The notes under the pieces are model-generated. The model searched no databases. It saw only the letters and a program-made list of their open reading frames with translations, and had not been told where the DNA came from. The position numbers were made by a program, and so were the translations under genes. Below are positions 51,512-61,552 of a DNA stretch of 64,000 nucleotides, piece by piece (the stretch's first letter is position 1; each line of letters begins with the position of its first letter). Origin of the DNA: an uncultured Bacilli bacterium (GTDB lineage Bacteria; Bacillota_I; Bacilli_A; RF39; UBA660); contig CAKOJI010000001.1 in assembly GCA_934089255.1 (NCBI GenBank), positions 14,572 through 78,571 of the forward strand, given 5' to 3'.

Positions 51512-52360
51512 CTATTTAGAGTCTTCTTTAGGTCTTTTTATTAACATTTTACCACTTTGATATAGGGTTCTTTTTAATTCGTTCTCTGTTATAGGTTTAA
51601 TATAATCATGTCCATCAACTACCCCATCACTTGTATCAAATTTATAATCCTTTAATATTTCTTTACAAGATCTTATTACATCTTCTTCAGTTAAGAATTC
51701 TTCTTCATCAAATAATACTTCTACCGTCTCTTTTCTTTTAAATACATTTTTATCATCAATATCTAAGAAAGAAAGTGGTCTATTTTCATTTATAATGCCA
51801 TTTATATACATTGTCTTAATAACAAATTCTCTTATAGCAGAATATTTTGTTTTTACTTCATTATTCTTAAGTTTTGAATAAAACTCAGCATTTATAAAAC
51901 TAGTTACTAAACTACTTAAATATTCTCTCTCATCATAACCAGAAATATCATATATATTATCAATTTTAGATACAGCATAAGTATATAATCCATTTACTTT
52001 AGGCAAAAAACCATCTTTATTTTTATATTTTTTAGCATACATTTTACTTAATATTAACAATTTTTTAGGATTATCTTTATACTCTCTAAACATTTTATTA
52101 ACGTAATCAATACTAATCTTATTTTTAGAATCACTAAATAATAATATATCTCCATCATATATAATCTTTTTTTTAGATTTATTATAAACGTACACTTTAT
52201 ATATATTATCACTTATACCATTATTAAGTTTTATATCAGCAATTAATTCTCTCTCACTATCAAATTTAGTTGTATAATTATCAATACTTTGTAAACTATC
52301 TAAATCTCCAATTAATTTAATTTCTTTATTTTTTATATAACATAAACTATATTTATTCAT
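51512..52360 (-). CDS. hypothetical protein (282 aa)
   Basis: ORF only. Confidence 0.4.
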   Translation of the reverse strand: MNKYSLCYIKNKEIKLIGDLDSLQSIDNYTTKFDSERELIADIKLNNGISDNIYKVYVYNKSKKKIIYDGDILLFSDSKNKISIDYVNKMFREYKDNPKKLLILSKMYAKKYKNKDGFLPKVNGLYTYAVSKIDNIYDISGYDEREYLSSLVTSFINAEFYSKLKNNEVKTKYSAIREFVIKTMYINGIINENRPLSFLDIDDKNVFKRKETVEVLFDEEEFLTEEDVIRSCKEILKDYKFDTSDGVVDGHDYIKPITENELKRTLYQSGKMLIKRPKEDSK

Positions 52361-52418
52361 ATATACCCCCTATTGATACTGAAATTATATCAAAAAAGTA
52401 CAATTTTGTCAAAAAAGA

Positions 52419-52437
52419 CAATAAAAAAAGTCCTTCG
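52419..52437 (-). terminator. terminator hairpin downstream of tRNA-Ala
   Basis: AAGTCC-TTCG-GGACTT (UUCG tetraloop) followed by a T-run on the minus strand. Confidence 0.55.
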
Positions 52438-52455
52438 GGACTTAATTCGTTTAAT

Positions 52456-52532
52456 TGGTGGAGAATAAGGGACTCGAACCCTTGACCCCCACGGTGCAAG
52501 CGTGATGCTCTAGCCAACTGAGCTAATTCCCC
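52456..52532 (-). tRNA. tRNA-Ala (anticodon UGC)
   Basis: Reverse complement GGGGAATTAGCTCAGTTGGCTAGAGCATCACGCTTGCACCGTGGGGGTCAAGGGTTCGAGTCCCTTATTCTCCACCA: cloverleaf with G3:U70, anticodon TGC, encoded CCA. Confidence 0.9.
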
Positions 52533-52585
52533 ATAAACGATAAATTAATTTTACAATATAATATTACCGTTGTCAATACATTTTT

Positions 52586-52909
52586 TCAAAAAGTAGTAAT
52601 TTTTAATACTTGATTAAAATATATACGATTATTATTAAAATTAAAATATTTATTCTGTACATTAATAGAATTAACATAACCTACTAATTTTAATATATTT
52701 TCTCTTTTAAATATAAATAAATTTATTTTTATATTATTAGTATATGCTTCTAATATCTTTTCATTTAAAATATTTACTTGATCTTCTGATAAAATTGGTT
52801 TATTTATTTTAAGCTTACTACTAGCTAATTCTTTTACTACACTATTACTATTAAAACATGAATTAAAAGGTATCCATTTAACCCCGCATCTATCTTGCAT
52901 TATGTCCAC
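52586..52909 (-). CDS. YolD-like protein (UmuD functional analogue)
   Basis: 107 aa, overlapping the 3' end of the Y-family polymerase gene, as in B. subtilis uvrX-yolD/yqjW-yqzH pairs. Confidence 0.55.
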   Translation of the reverse strand: MDIMQDRCGVKWIPFNSCFNSNSVVKELASSKLKINKPILSEDQVNILNEKILEAYTNNIKINLFIFKRENILKLVGYVNSINVQNKYFNFNNNRIYFNQVLKITTF

Positions 52910-54155
52910 CTATCTTATTATTTCTATCTCTTATTGTAGAATTATCAAGTAAACTAGTTGCTTTTAAAAGTGAATTACTACCATATTTTTCATTAATATT
53001 ATCAATAGTATCATTAATATTTTTTGTCTTTATTTTATCTTCTATTTTTTCAAATAAATTTAATTGCATAGCATCATCATTATCTAATTTTGATAAACTT
53101 ATACTAACTTTTCTTATAGGAGTATTTTCTTCATAATATTTATCAAATATATTTATTAAAACTTTATATAATTCTTTAGAATCATTAGTTTGATTATCTA
53201 GCCTTTTAGATACATAAAACCCATTTCCAACCACTTTAGAATATGTTATACCAAATGATACTCTTCCTGTAGTATATTTTTCTTTTCTTAATCTTTTAGT
53301 TAATTGCATTAATATTTCTTCTATTATCAAATTAATTTCATTATTATAATAATCTTTATATAATACTTGACTATTAGATATACTTTTTTCTTTTGATTCT
53401 TTATTAAAATCACTTATTTTACTTAAATCTATACCATTAGAATGATACCAAAGTTCTTCACCTATCACACCAAACTTTTCTTTTAATTTTAATTTATTAT
53501 ATTTTGCAATATCTCCGACTTTATATAGTCCTAAACTATTTAATTTCTTTTCCATTCTAGAACCTATTCCCCACATATTAGAAAGTGGTGTTATATTCCA
53601 TAATTTTGTTTCTACATCAGAATAATTCCATTCTGCAATAAAATCACTATTATGTTTTGCTTCAACGTCCATTGCTATTTTAGCAAGTAACATATTAGGT
53701 CCTATTCCAGCAGTAGCACATAATCCAGTTGCTCTATATACACTATTTAAAATATCTTTTGCTATTTCTCTCATACTTTTTTTATATAACTTCATATAAT
53801 TAGTTAAATCTAAAAAACATTCATCAATAGAATAAACGTGTAAATCTTCACTAGCAACATAATCTAAATATATATCTATAACTTCTTTGCTTTTTTCAAC
53901 GTATAAACTCATTCTAGGTCTTACTGTCATATACTTTATATTTTTAGGTATTTCATATATTCTCGATCTAGATTTGACACCCATTTTTTTCATGTAAGGA
54001 GTAACCGCAAGAGTTATAGCACCATTTCTATTTGGTTCTGCAACCACCAGCGGAGTTTTAAATGGATCTAAATTTCTTTCTACACACTCACATGATGCAA
54101 AAAAACTTTTTAAATCTATACAAACAATATTTCTATTAACTTTTAGTTCATCCAT
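52890..54155 (-). CDS. Y-family DNA polymerase (UmuC/DinB-like)
   Basis: MDELKVNRNIVCIDLKSFFASCECVERNLDP... matches the Y-family N-terminus. Confidence 0.8.
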   Translation of the reverse strand: MDELKVNRNIVCIDLKSFFASCECVERNLDPFKTPLVVAEPNRNGAITLAVTPYMKKMGVKSRSRIYEIPKNIKYMTVRPRMSLYVEKSKEVIDIYLDYVASEDLHVYSIDECFLDLTNYMKLYKKSMREIAKDILNSVYRATGLCATAGIGPNMLLAKIAMDVEAKHNSDFIAEWNYSDVETKLWNITPLSNMWGIGSRMEKKLNSLGLYKVGDIAKYNKLKLKEKFGVIGEELWYHSNGIDLSKISDFNKESKEKSISNSQVLYKDYYNNEINLIIEEILMQLTKRLRKEKYTTGRVSFGITYSKVVGNGFYVSKRLDNQTNDSKELYKVLINIFDKYYEENTPIRKVSISLSKLDNDDAMQLNLFEKIEDKIKTKNINDTIDNINEKYGSNSLLKATSLLDNSTIRDRNNKIGGHNAR

Positions 54156-54218
54156 AACTAATCACCAATTTAATTATAAGTACATTTGTTTGTACTGTCA
54201 ACTGACATTATTTACCAA

Positions 54219-54929
54219 TTAAAACATACTTAGCATTGTTAAAACACTTAAAAAATTATTCAAAAAATGTATACCAATAGTATTAAATATATTATCAGTT
54301 TTACTATATATGTAAGAAAAAAATAATCCCATTGTAACATACGAAATAGATTGAACAACTCCAACTAAAACACTAATACCTTCATCTAACGGAAACACAT
54401 GTAAAAGTCCAAATAAAGAACCACTAACTATAATATATATAAATCTATTCTTAATAACTTTTCTTATACCCATTCTAAACAAACTCTCTTCATAAAATGG
54501 AGCTAAAACTGAAGTTGAAATTATCATCAATAAAGGATACGTTTTAACATATTCTTTAATCAATTCTTGATTAACACTAGTAATACTATTAGTATCTAAC
54601 TTAAGTAACATACAAACTAATACACTTATTAATCCTACTACATATTTTACTATCATAAATATTATAAACATCTTTATTACATAAGATATACTCTTATTTG
54701 GATTAGTAAAAAAACATTTAAAATCTTTCTTTATATCTTTAAAATATACAAACAATAACAATATAAATAATATAAAAGAAAGAATAAATTGAGAAATAAC
54801 TACTCCCTTATTACTAGATAAAATATCTACATTAAATAATTCTAATATAATTTTTAATAACGTTCCTATATAGAAAAAAGAAAAGAAACATAAAATTAAT
54901 TTTAAAACATTATATATTTTCTCTCTCAT
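54219..54929 (-). CDS. CPBP (CAAX protease/Abi) family intramembrane metalloprotease
   Basis: EExxxR (YEESLFR), FxxxH (FGLLHV) and second His (HFLNN) motifs. Confidence 0.7.
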   Translation of the reverse strand: MREKIYNVLKLILCFFSFFYIGTLLKIILELFNVDILSSNKGVVISQFILSFILFILLLFVYFKDIKKDFKCFFTNPNKSISYVIKMFIIFMIVKYVVGLISVLVCMLLKLDTNSITSVNQELIKEYVKTYPLLMIISTSVLAPFYEESLFRMGIRKVIKNRFIYIIVSGSLFGLLHVFPLDEGISVLVGVVQSISYVTMGLFFSYIYSKTDNIFNTIGIHFLNNFLSVLTMLSMF

Positions 54930-54930
54930 A

Positions 54931-55638
54931 TTACCATCCTAAATAATTAATTATAATAGAACTACCTATTAAGTAACTAGAATATAATACAATACTAAAC
55001 CATATACTATTTTGTTTTTTATAAAAATAAGCAAGTGTAATAAACAACATAAATGTACTAAGTGAATTTATTATTACATAACCTAAAGTACCGCTTAAAC
55101 TAATAGCATATATAACACTTGCTAATATTCCACTTAATATAATAAACGTATCATTTCTTCTAGTTATTTTATCTATTCCTAAAAATATAATAGAACAATA
55201 TAAATATGGTTTCACTATATAATCTAATACTATCTTAACTATTAAATAAAAATCAATTCTTTTATCAAATATATTATAAAAACTTCTATCTATAATATCA
55301 ATCTTAAATATTTTACCTAAATAATCTACAACATAACTAAATAAATACATTATACCAATAACCAATACTAACGCTACTAAAAACATAAGTAAATTCTTAA
55401 AAAAATTATCATTTCTTCTATTATGTCTAAAATCTTTTTTATATATTAAATATACTATAAAACACATAAATATTTTAACTAATACATCTATTATAACTCT
55501 TGTATTATAACTATATTTATATATATTAACCCCTACACTACCTAATACTTTATAAAAATACGTTTCAAAAAATATTAACATTAAACAAGATAATATTATA
55601 CCAAATACTCCACTAAGTTTTTTATTCATTTTAATCAC
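54931..55638 (-). CDS. polytopic membrane protein, unknown
   Basis: 235 aa; 2-nt gap to the CPBP gene. Confidence 0.45.
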   Translation of the reverse strand: MIKMNKKLSGVFGIILSCLMLIFFETYFYKVLGSVGVNIYKYSYNTRVIIDVLVKIFMCFIVYLIYKKDFRHNRRNDNFFKNLLMFLVALVLVIGIMYLFSYVVDYLGKIFKIDIIDRSFYNIFDKRIDFYLIVKIVLDYIVKPYLYCSIIFLGIDKITRRNDTFIILSGILASVIYAISLSGTLGYVIINSLSTFMLFITLAYFYKKQNSIWFSIVLYSSYLIGSSIIINYLGW

Positions 55639-55689
55639 CTTCGTACTTTAATAATATAATTTTTATTAATATTTTTCAATATATTTTTA

Positions 55690-56331
55690 TTATTTATTTT
55701 TATTTATTATATATATTTTATTATTTTTATAAAATGAATAAAAAACATCATTTAAAAGTATATTTTTACTATGTAATTTATTAATTAACCATTCTTTATC
55801 TTTTTTTAAATATTTTAATGTATCCTCTTGTATAACTGTATCTATTATAAGAGCTAATGGAAAATCACTTTTAGTTTTTAAAATATTATATTTAAATACG
55901 CTAAGTTTACCATTAGGTTCTAATATTGCATACTCTACATCACTTAAAGATTTTATACCATTTTGTCTTAATTCTAATAATATATCATCTAATGAATATC
56001 TATTTTTTATTAATTCTTTAAATTTTATTTTACCATTTACAATTAATAAACTAGGTTTACCAGACATTAATTCATTAAATTTTCTAGATTTAAGAGATAA
56101 CTTAGCAAGTACAATTTCTAATACTACTAAAGCAATGATAGGTACTATAGTAAGTATTATAGAATCATCCATATTTTCAATACTAATTGCAATTAATTCA
56201 GCCATTAATATTGATACAATTAAATCTATTATTTCTAATTGACTTATTTCTCTTTTACCCATTATTCTATATGCTAACACTACTAAAAAATAAAAGAATA
56301 TAGTTCTAAATAACGCATTAAGTATATCCAT
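55690..56331 (-). CDS. DUF421 (YetF/YdfS-like) membrane protein
   Basis: N-terminus MDILNALFRTIFFYFLVVLAYRIMGKREISQLEIIDLIVSILMAE resembles DUF421. Confidence 0.6.
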   Translation of the reverse strand: MDILNALFRTIFFYFLVVLAYRIMGKREISQLEIIDLIVSILMAELIAISIENMDDSIILTIVPIIALVVLEIVLAKLSLKSRKFNELMSGKPSLLIVNGKIKFKELIKNRYSLDDILLELRQNGIKSLSDVEYAILEPNGKLSVFKYNILKTKSDFPLALIIDTVIQEDTLKYLKKDKEWLINKLHSKNILLNDVFYSFYKNNKIYIINKNK

Positions 56332-56377
56332 AAAATCACCATATATATTATGATACTAATTATTTATTTTTAAACAA

Positions 56378-56400
56378 AAAAAGTACTAAATTAATAGTAC
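56378..56400 (-). terminator. rho-independent terminator after P2
   Basis: AGTACTAAATTAATAGTACT palindrome + T-run (minus strand). Confidence 0.55.
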
Positions 56401-56406
56401 TTAATT

Positions 56407-58569
56407 CTATGATATTACGTAAGGATTTGAAATAGTTCCGTTTCCACCAGTTATTTGAACTCTAGACAAGAGAGTTACTGCGGAACGAGAATAGACATCG
56501 TCATAATTGACTGAACTGCTGCCAAGAAATCCAACTTCAGAAAGTTGATAAGCGTCACCGATACCACTATTAGCAATATAGTAAAAAGAAGAAAGCCCCC
56601 ACCACGTTAAGGGATTATTCCTTGTATAACTATTCATTAAATAATGAGTAGAATTAAGTGAACCAGTAGCACCTGCAAACGACATTTCATCTGCTGTTAG
56701 TGTTCCTACATACATATCTGAATCATCTTTATATTTATTTAATTTTGTTCCTTTACACACTAGTGATGGTTTTTTATCTACTTCTATTCTTTTATAAGCA
56801 CCATAATATTCATCAGTATACCAGCCATTTGTTGCTTCATTTTCTTCATATACAATATTATCATTATCATCGAACCCATAACTTTCAGTACTAGCCACGC
56901 TATGATCAAAACACCAGTTGTCTACTTTCAAATAATCACTTAATGATTTATTAGTTGTTAATTTAGAACTTAATGTCGTTTGAAAACTCTTTAATGAGTC
57001 TGCTAATCCTCCAGAATAATTTAAAAAGTCTGCTTTACCATTTGTATCATAACCAAATGCAACTTTTGTTCCATCACTCCAATTTCCAGTATATGACGAA
57101 CTATTACATTCTGTATTTCTATCTTCTAATATAAGTTTTGTAGAACCGTCTCCCTCAATTCTTACAATTCTCCAACACATTCCTGCAAAGTTTACATAGT
57201 TATCTTCTACTCCACCTCTATAATAATAACTTGTTCCATAATCATCTGCAGTTACGCTTAATTCTTTTTCTGTAGATTTTTGATCTGCAATTATGTTTGC
57301 ATATTTTATGTTAGAAGTTATATCAGATACATTAGTTGATATTTTATATATATAATTTTGATTTTGAGTATTTGTTATTGTTGGTTTATTAGTACTCCAT
57401 ACTGCATATTTTCCTGCTAAACTACTTGCCAGTGATGTTGTATATTTACTAGTTGCAACTGTTGGATTTACTAAAGTAAATTTACCAGTTGTTTCGTTTA
57501 CAGTATAATCATCTGCATATGAAATATAATAATTTGTTGCGTTCCATAATGTTGAGGTAAATGATGTCGGAGCAGTTCCTTTTAAATATAAAATTGAACT
57601 TGTTTCTTCCGCAGGATTTGTTTTAGGGGTTTTTAAAAACTCTGTTCCATTTGTTTTATTAATTGCATTAGTTAATATATTATAAGCAAGTGTCTCTTCT
57701 TCAAATGGCATATAATCTTTTACATCACCTATATCAGTTGTTAACGTACTTGAAATACTCGTTATATTTATGCTTATTGTTTGTGAATCACTTGTTACTG
57801 TTATCACATCTCCATTTACACTAGATGTAGAACCTTTATTTATTGTTATTTGTTTACTTCCTTTTACAGTGCCTTTAGAATCTTTTACATATAGTGTATG
57901 AACTCCTGGTTCTACTGCTGGTATAAAATATTTGTTATCTCTTATTTGACTTGTTTTTGGCGTACTTTGCATTTCTACATAATCTCCTGTTGCTGCATTT
58001 GTTACTGTTCCTGTTATATCAACTATGTCTGATAAGTTATATATTTGTACTTTTGCTCCAATAGTCTTATTCATGTCTTCACTTTGATCTATATTCATTT
58101 CTTTATAGACTACTTTTAATTCATAACTTTGTGTTTCGTTTACATCTATATTATTTGTTACTAGCATACCATTTTGTGTTGGAAATGATGTTTCAGTTTT
58201 ACCATTACAAGTTTTTCCACTTACACTACTTGTACAAGTTAAAGTATATACCATATCACTTGTACGGCTTAATGTATTTACTAACTCTTCTAAGTACACT
58301 GCATAATTATTTACAGTTGCATTTCCTTCATTTTTAACTGTAAACGTTTTAGTGTCTATTGTAGTACCTGGTTGTATCTTTTCTGCAGTAATATCACCAT
58401 TACCGTCTCCGTATGTTAGTTTAAGATCTGCTGTTGTAACACTTATAGACTTAGTATTAGTATTTCCTTGTATTCTTGTTAGAAAGTATGCATAAGTTAA
58501 TCCTACAAGTATTAGTAACACTATAAATATTCCTGTTACACTTACTATAATTTTCTGTTTACGATTCAT
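56407..58569 (-). CDS. large secreted protein, paralog P2 of 31350..33503
   Basis: Signal and TasA-like N-domain are ~95% identical to P1 over the first ~300 aa (of ~480 aa of colinear similarity) and ~80% over the remainder up to ~480. C-terminal ~230 aa diverge but keep the WRIVRIEGDG...GNGTISNPYVIS module. Confidence 0.7.
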   Translation of the reverse strand: MNRKQKIIVSVTGIFIVLLILVGLTYAYFLTRIQGNTNTKSISVTTADLKLTYGDGNGDITAEKIQPGTTIDTKTFTVKNEGNATVNNYAVYLEELVNTLSRTSDMVYTLTCTSSVSGKTCNGKTETSFPTQNGMLVTNNIDVNETQSYELKVVYKEMNIDQSEDMNKTIGAKVQIYNLSDIVDITGTVTNAATGDYVEMQSTPKTSQIRDNKYFIPAVEPGVHTLYVKDSKGTVKGSKQITINKGSTSSVNGDVITVTSDSQTISINITSISSTLTTDIGDVKDYMPFEEETLAYNILTNAINKTNGTEFLKTPKTNPAEETSSILYLKGTAPTSFTSTLWNATNYYISYADDYTVNETTGKFTLVNPTVATSKYTTSLASSLAGKYAVWSTNKPTITNTQNQNYIYKISTNVSDITSNIKYANIIADQKSTEKELSVTADDYGTSYYYRGGVEDNYVNFAGMCWRIVRIEGDGSTKLILEDRNTECNSSSYTGNWSDGTKVAFGYDTNGKADFLNYSGGLADSLKSFQTTLSSKLTTNKSLSDYLKVDNWCFDHSVASTESYGFDDNDNIVYEENEATNGWYTDEYYGAYKRIEVDKKPSLVCKGTKLNKYKDDSDMYVGTLTADEMSFAGATGSLNSTHYLMNSYTRNNPLTWWGLSSFYYIANSGIGDAYQLSEVGFLGSSSVNYDDVYSRSAVTLLSRVQITGGNGTISNPYVIS

Positions 58570-58683
58570 ATTTTTACCTCTATTCTATATTACTTATTAT
58601 AAAAAAATAATAGCACACTTAACACCAACAACTTTATTGTTTTTATCAATTTATCATAAATTTTATAAAAATATTGTAGAAAA

Positions 58684-58708
58684 AAAGTACTAAATATTAG
58701 TACTTCAT
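58684..58708 (-). terminator. rho-independent terminator after thrS
   Basis: AAGTACTAA-ATA-TTAGTACTT + T-run. Confidence 0.55.
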
Positions 58709-58709
58709 A

Positions 58710-60470
58710 TTAAAGGCTTGTTTTATTTTTAATAGCCTTATTAATTAATTCCATAAAATCATATATAGAAAGAGTAACTGTTTCTCTGTTACCAAATAAT
58801 CTATAACTAACAGTATTATTATCTAATTCATTATCACCAAGTATTAACGTAACTGGTATCTTTTTAGTTTGACTTTCTCTCATTTTATAAGATAATTTTT
58901 CATCTCTACTATCTAGTTCAACTCTTAAATTATTTTCTCTTAATAAATCATAAATTTTATTAGCATATTCTAAATGATATTCATTATTTACTGGAATTAT
59001 ATTAATTTGTGTTGGCGCTAACCATAATGGGAAATTACCTTTAGTTTCTTCAATAATAAATGCTGTAAATCTATCAAATGTTCCAAATATTGCCCTATGT
59101 AGTACTACAGGAATTTGTTTTTCACCTTTATTGTCTATATATGATAATTCAAATCTTCTAGGTAAAAGGAAATCTAATTGACAAGTAGAAAGAGTTACTT
59201 CTGGACCAACAGCAGGTTTTACTTCAACATCTAATTTTGGTCCATAAAATGCAGCTTCTCCTATTGCCTCAAAATATTCTACTCCTAATTCATTTAAAAC
59301 ATTTCTTAATTTATCTTCTGCTTCATTCCACATATCATCATCATCAAAATATTTTTCTTTATCATTTTTATCTCTTAATGATAATCTAAATTTATAATCT
59401 TTTATACCAAAGTCTTTATAAACATCTAATATTAAACTAACAACTTTTTTAAATTCTTCTCCTATTTGATCAGGTCTTACAAAAAGGTGAGCATCATTTT
59501 GACACATACATCTAACTCTTTCAAGACCTTTTACTGCACCACTAGCTTCATATCTAAAATCAGTAGCAAATTCTCCAATTCTTATTGGTAAATCTCTATA
59601 AGAATGTAATTTGTTTTTATAAACCAACATATGATGAGGACAATTCATTGGACGAAGTACAAACTCTTCATCATCTACTTTCATCATAGGAAACATATTC
59701 TCTTTATAATGATCCCAATGTCCACTAGTTTTATATAAATCAACAGTACCTACACAAGGAGTATATACATGATTATATCCTAATTTTTGTTCTTTCTCAT
59801 ATATATAATTTTCTAATTGTTTTCTAATAATAGCTCCATTAGGTAACCATAAAGGCATACCAGCACCAACTAAGTCATCAGTCATAAATATTTCCATATC
59901 TTTACCGATTTTTCTATGATCTCTTAGTTTTGCTTCTTCTAATTCATTTAAATAATCATTTAACTCTTCTTCAGTTTTAAAACATACCCCATATATTCTT
60001 TGTAATACTTTATTTTTAGAGTCACCTTTCCAGTATGCACCACTATGTTTTAATAATTTAAAATGTTTAAGTTCTTTAACAGTATCTACATGAGGTCCAC
60101 GACAAAGATCTGTAAAATCACCTTGAGTATAGCAACTAATTATAGTATTATCTTCATCCATATTATTAATTAAATCAATTTTATATGGATCATCCTTAAA
60201 CATTTCTAAAGCTTCATCTTTACTTATTTCATGTCTAACTATTCTTTTACCATCTTTACTAATTTTTTTCATTTCACGTTCTATGATAGGTAAATCTTCA
60301 GTTTTAATTACTTCATCACCTAAATCAATATCATAATAAAAACCTTCATTAATAACAGGTCCTACCCAAAATTTAGCATTTGGATATAGGTGTTTAACAG
60401 CTTGTGCCATTAAATGAGCACAAGAGTGATTTAATACATTTAATTCTTTATTTTCTTTAATATTTATCAT
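58710..60470 (-). CDS. thrS: threonine--tRNA ligase lacking the N-terminal TGS domain
   Basis: 586 aa, starts within the editing domain (…HSCAHLMAQAV…); class II motifs and C-terminal anticodon-binding domain present. Confidence 0.85.
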   Translation of the reverse strand: MINIKENKELNVLNHSCAHLMAQAVKHLYPNAKFWVGPVINEGFYYDIDLGDEVIKTEDLPIIEREMKKISKDGKRIVRHEISKDEALEMFKDDPYKIDLINNMDEDNTIISCYTQGDFTDLCRGPHVDTVKELKHFKLLKHSGAYWKGDSKNKVLQRIYGVCFKTEEELNDYLNELEEAKLRDHRKIGKDMEIFMTDDLVGAGMPLWLPNGAIIRKQLENYIYEKEQKLGYNHVYTPCVGTVDLYKTSGHWDHYKENMFPMMKVDDEEFVLRPMNCPHHMLVYKNKLHSYRDLPIRIGEFATDFRYEASGAVKGLERVRCMCQNDAHLFVRPDQIGEEFKKVVSLILDVYKDFGIKDYKFRLSLRDKNDKEKYFDDDDMWNEAEDKLRNVLNELGVEYFEAIGEAAFYGPKLDVEVKPAVGPEVTLSTCQLDFLLPRRFELSYIDNKGEKQIPVVLHRAIFGTFDRFTAFIIEETKGNFPLWLAPTQINIIPVNNEYHLEYANKIYDLLRENNLRVELDSRDEKLSYKMRESQTKKIPVTLILGDNELDNNTVSYRLFGNRETVTLSIYDFMELINKAIKNKTSL

Positions 60471-60698
60471 AATTTCATTCCTCTTTCTTCTTCTATTTCA
60501 TTTTCATATTCTTTTAGTTTAATAAATACTTTTCCTAAACGATGTTTAGTATCAATAACTTCTAAATTTAACTCTTTTAATTTTTCATCATTTTTTTTAT
60601 TCTTAAACATTTCTAATCTTATATTAAATAATTCATCTCTTATTTTCTTTTTTTCTTCTAATAACCTTTGATATTCTTCACTTTCTATATTCTTATCC
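60467..60698 (-). CDS. small coiled-coil protein (77 aa from MDKNIESEEY), overlapping thrS start (ATGA)
   Basis: GGGAGG RBS before ATG 60698; charged, heptad-like sequence; located between a T-box-like leader and thrS. Confidence 0.45.
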
Positions 60699-60745
60699 AT
60701 TTTTTCCTCCCAAAATAAAAAGGACAGTAAAGGAGTGCATAGCAC

Positions 60746-60935
60746 GGTACCATCCTTAATCTCTTAATTTAAATAACGACTAACGCCGGGATTTATTAAT
60801 CCTCTAAAAAGTAGTAACTAATATAACATTATATCCATTTACACCAAACATGAACTCTCTTTAATAATAATTATATTAATCATGTCTTTTATCACTGATT
60901 TACAAGTAAAATATTAACACAAAACTCTCACTTTT
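60746..60935 (-). promoter_or_regulatory. putative T-box riboswitch leader (threonine)
   Basis: Minus-strand AAUUAAGAGAUUAAGGAUGGUACCGUGC matches the T-box core (AAUUAGGGUGGUACCGCG) at 11/13 positions. Followed by an imperfect hairpin (AAGGA..GUGC-UAU-GCAC..UCCUU) and a U-rich tract. AGAGAG and ACU-containing segments upstream. Confidence 0.5.
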
Positions 60936-60940
60936 GCAAA

Positions 60941-61489
60941 CTATTTTTCAAACTTTATGTTCCCTATTATTTCCATTAAGTTAAGTATAGCATTAGCAGT
61001 AAAGAAAAATCCTAATATAAAACACTCATTAGAAATACCTTTTAATATATTAGTAACTACTAAAAACCCTAATAAAATAAATAAACTCATAGAAAATATA
61101 TTTATAAATACACTATAATTATATTCATTTCTTAACTCTTCTATTTTTATTAATTTAATAACAAGCATAATTACTAACCAACCAATTAATGTTATACCAA
61201 TAACCATATTAGAGGGATCATTTATATATTTTAACCCACTTACACTAGCTATTATACAAGATAAAGAAATATATAAGTGATGCATACCCGTCTTTTTTCT
61301 AGTTAATAAATAATTAGTAAATTCACATCCAAAGTATAAAAGCATTACTACATAAAATATCTCTGTTCCATCTAAAAACGTTATAAAATCATTAAAGAAA
61401 AATGATAATCCTAACATCAACGTAACAATACCAGTTATAAATAGTACAATATTCTTTGTCTTTGTTTCATCTTTATTTATATTCTTCAT
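60941..61489 (-). CDS. membrane protein, unknown (182 aa)
   Basis: 4-5 TM segments. Confidence 0.45.
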   Translation of the reverse strand: MKNINKDETKTKNIVLFITGIVTLMLGLSFFFNDFITFLDGTEIFYVVMLLYFGCEFTNYLLTRKKTGMHHLYISLSCIIASVSGLKYINDPSNMVIGITLIGWLVIMLVIKLIKIEELRNEYNYSVFINIFSMSLFILLGFLVVTNILKGISNECFILGFFFTANAILNLMEIIGNIKFEK

Positions 61490-61552
61490 ACTATCACCTA
61501 TATTAATAATAGAACATTTTATAAAAAATGTAAATTAAAAAAAGTAATAATT

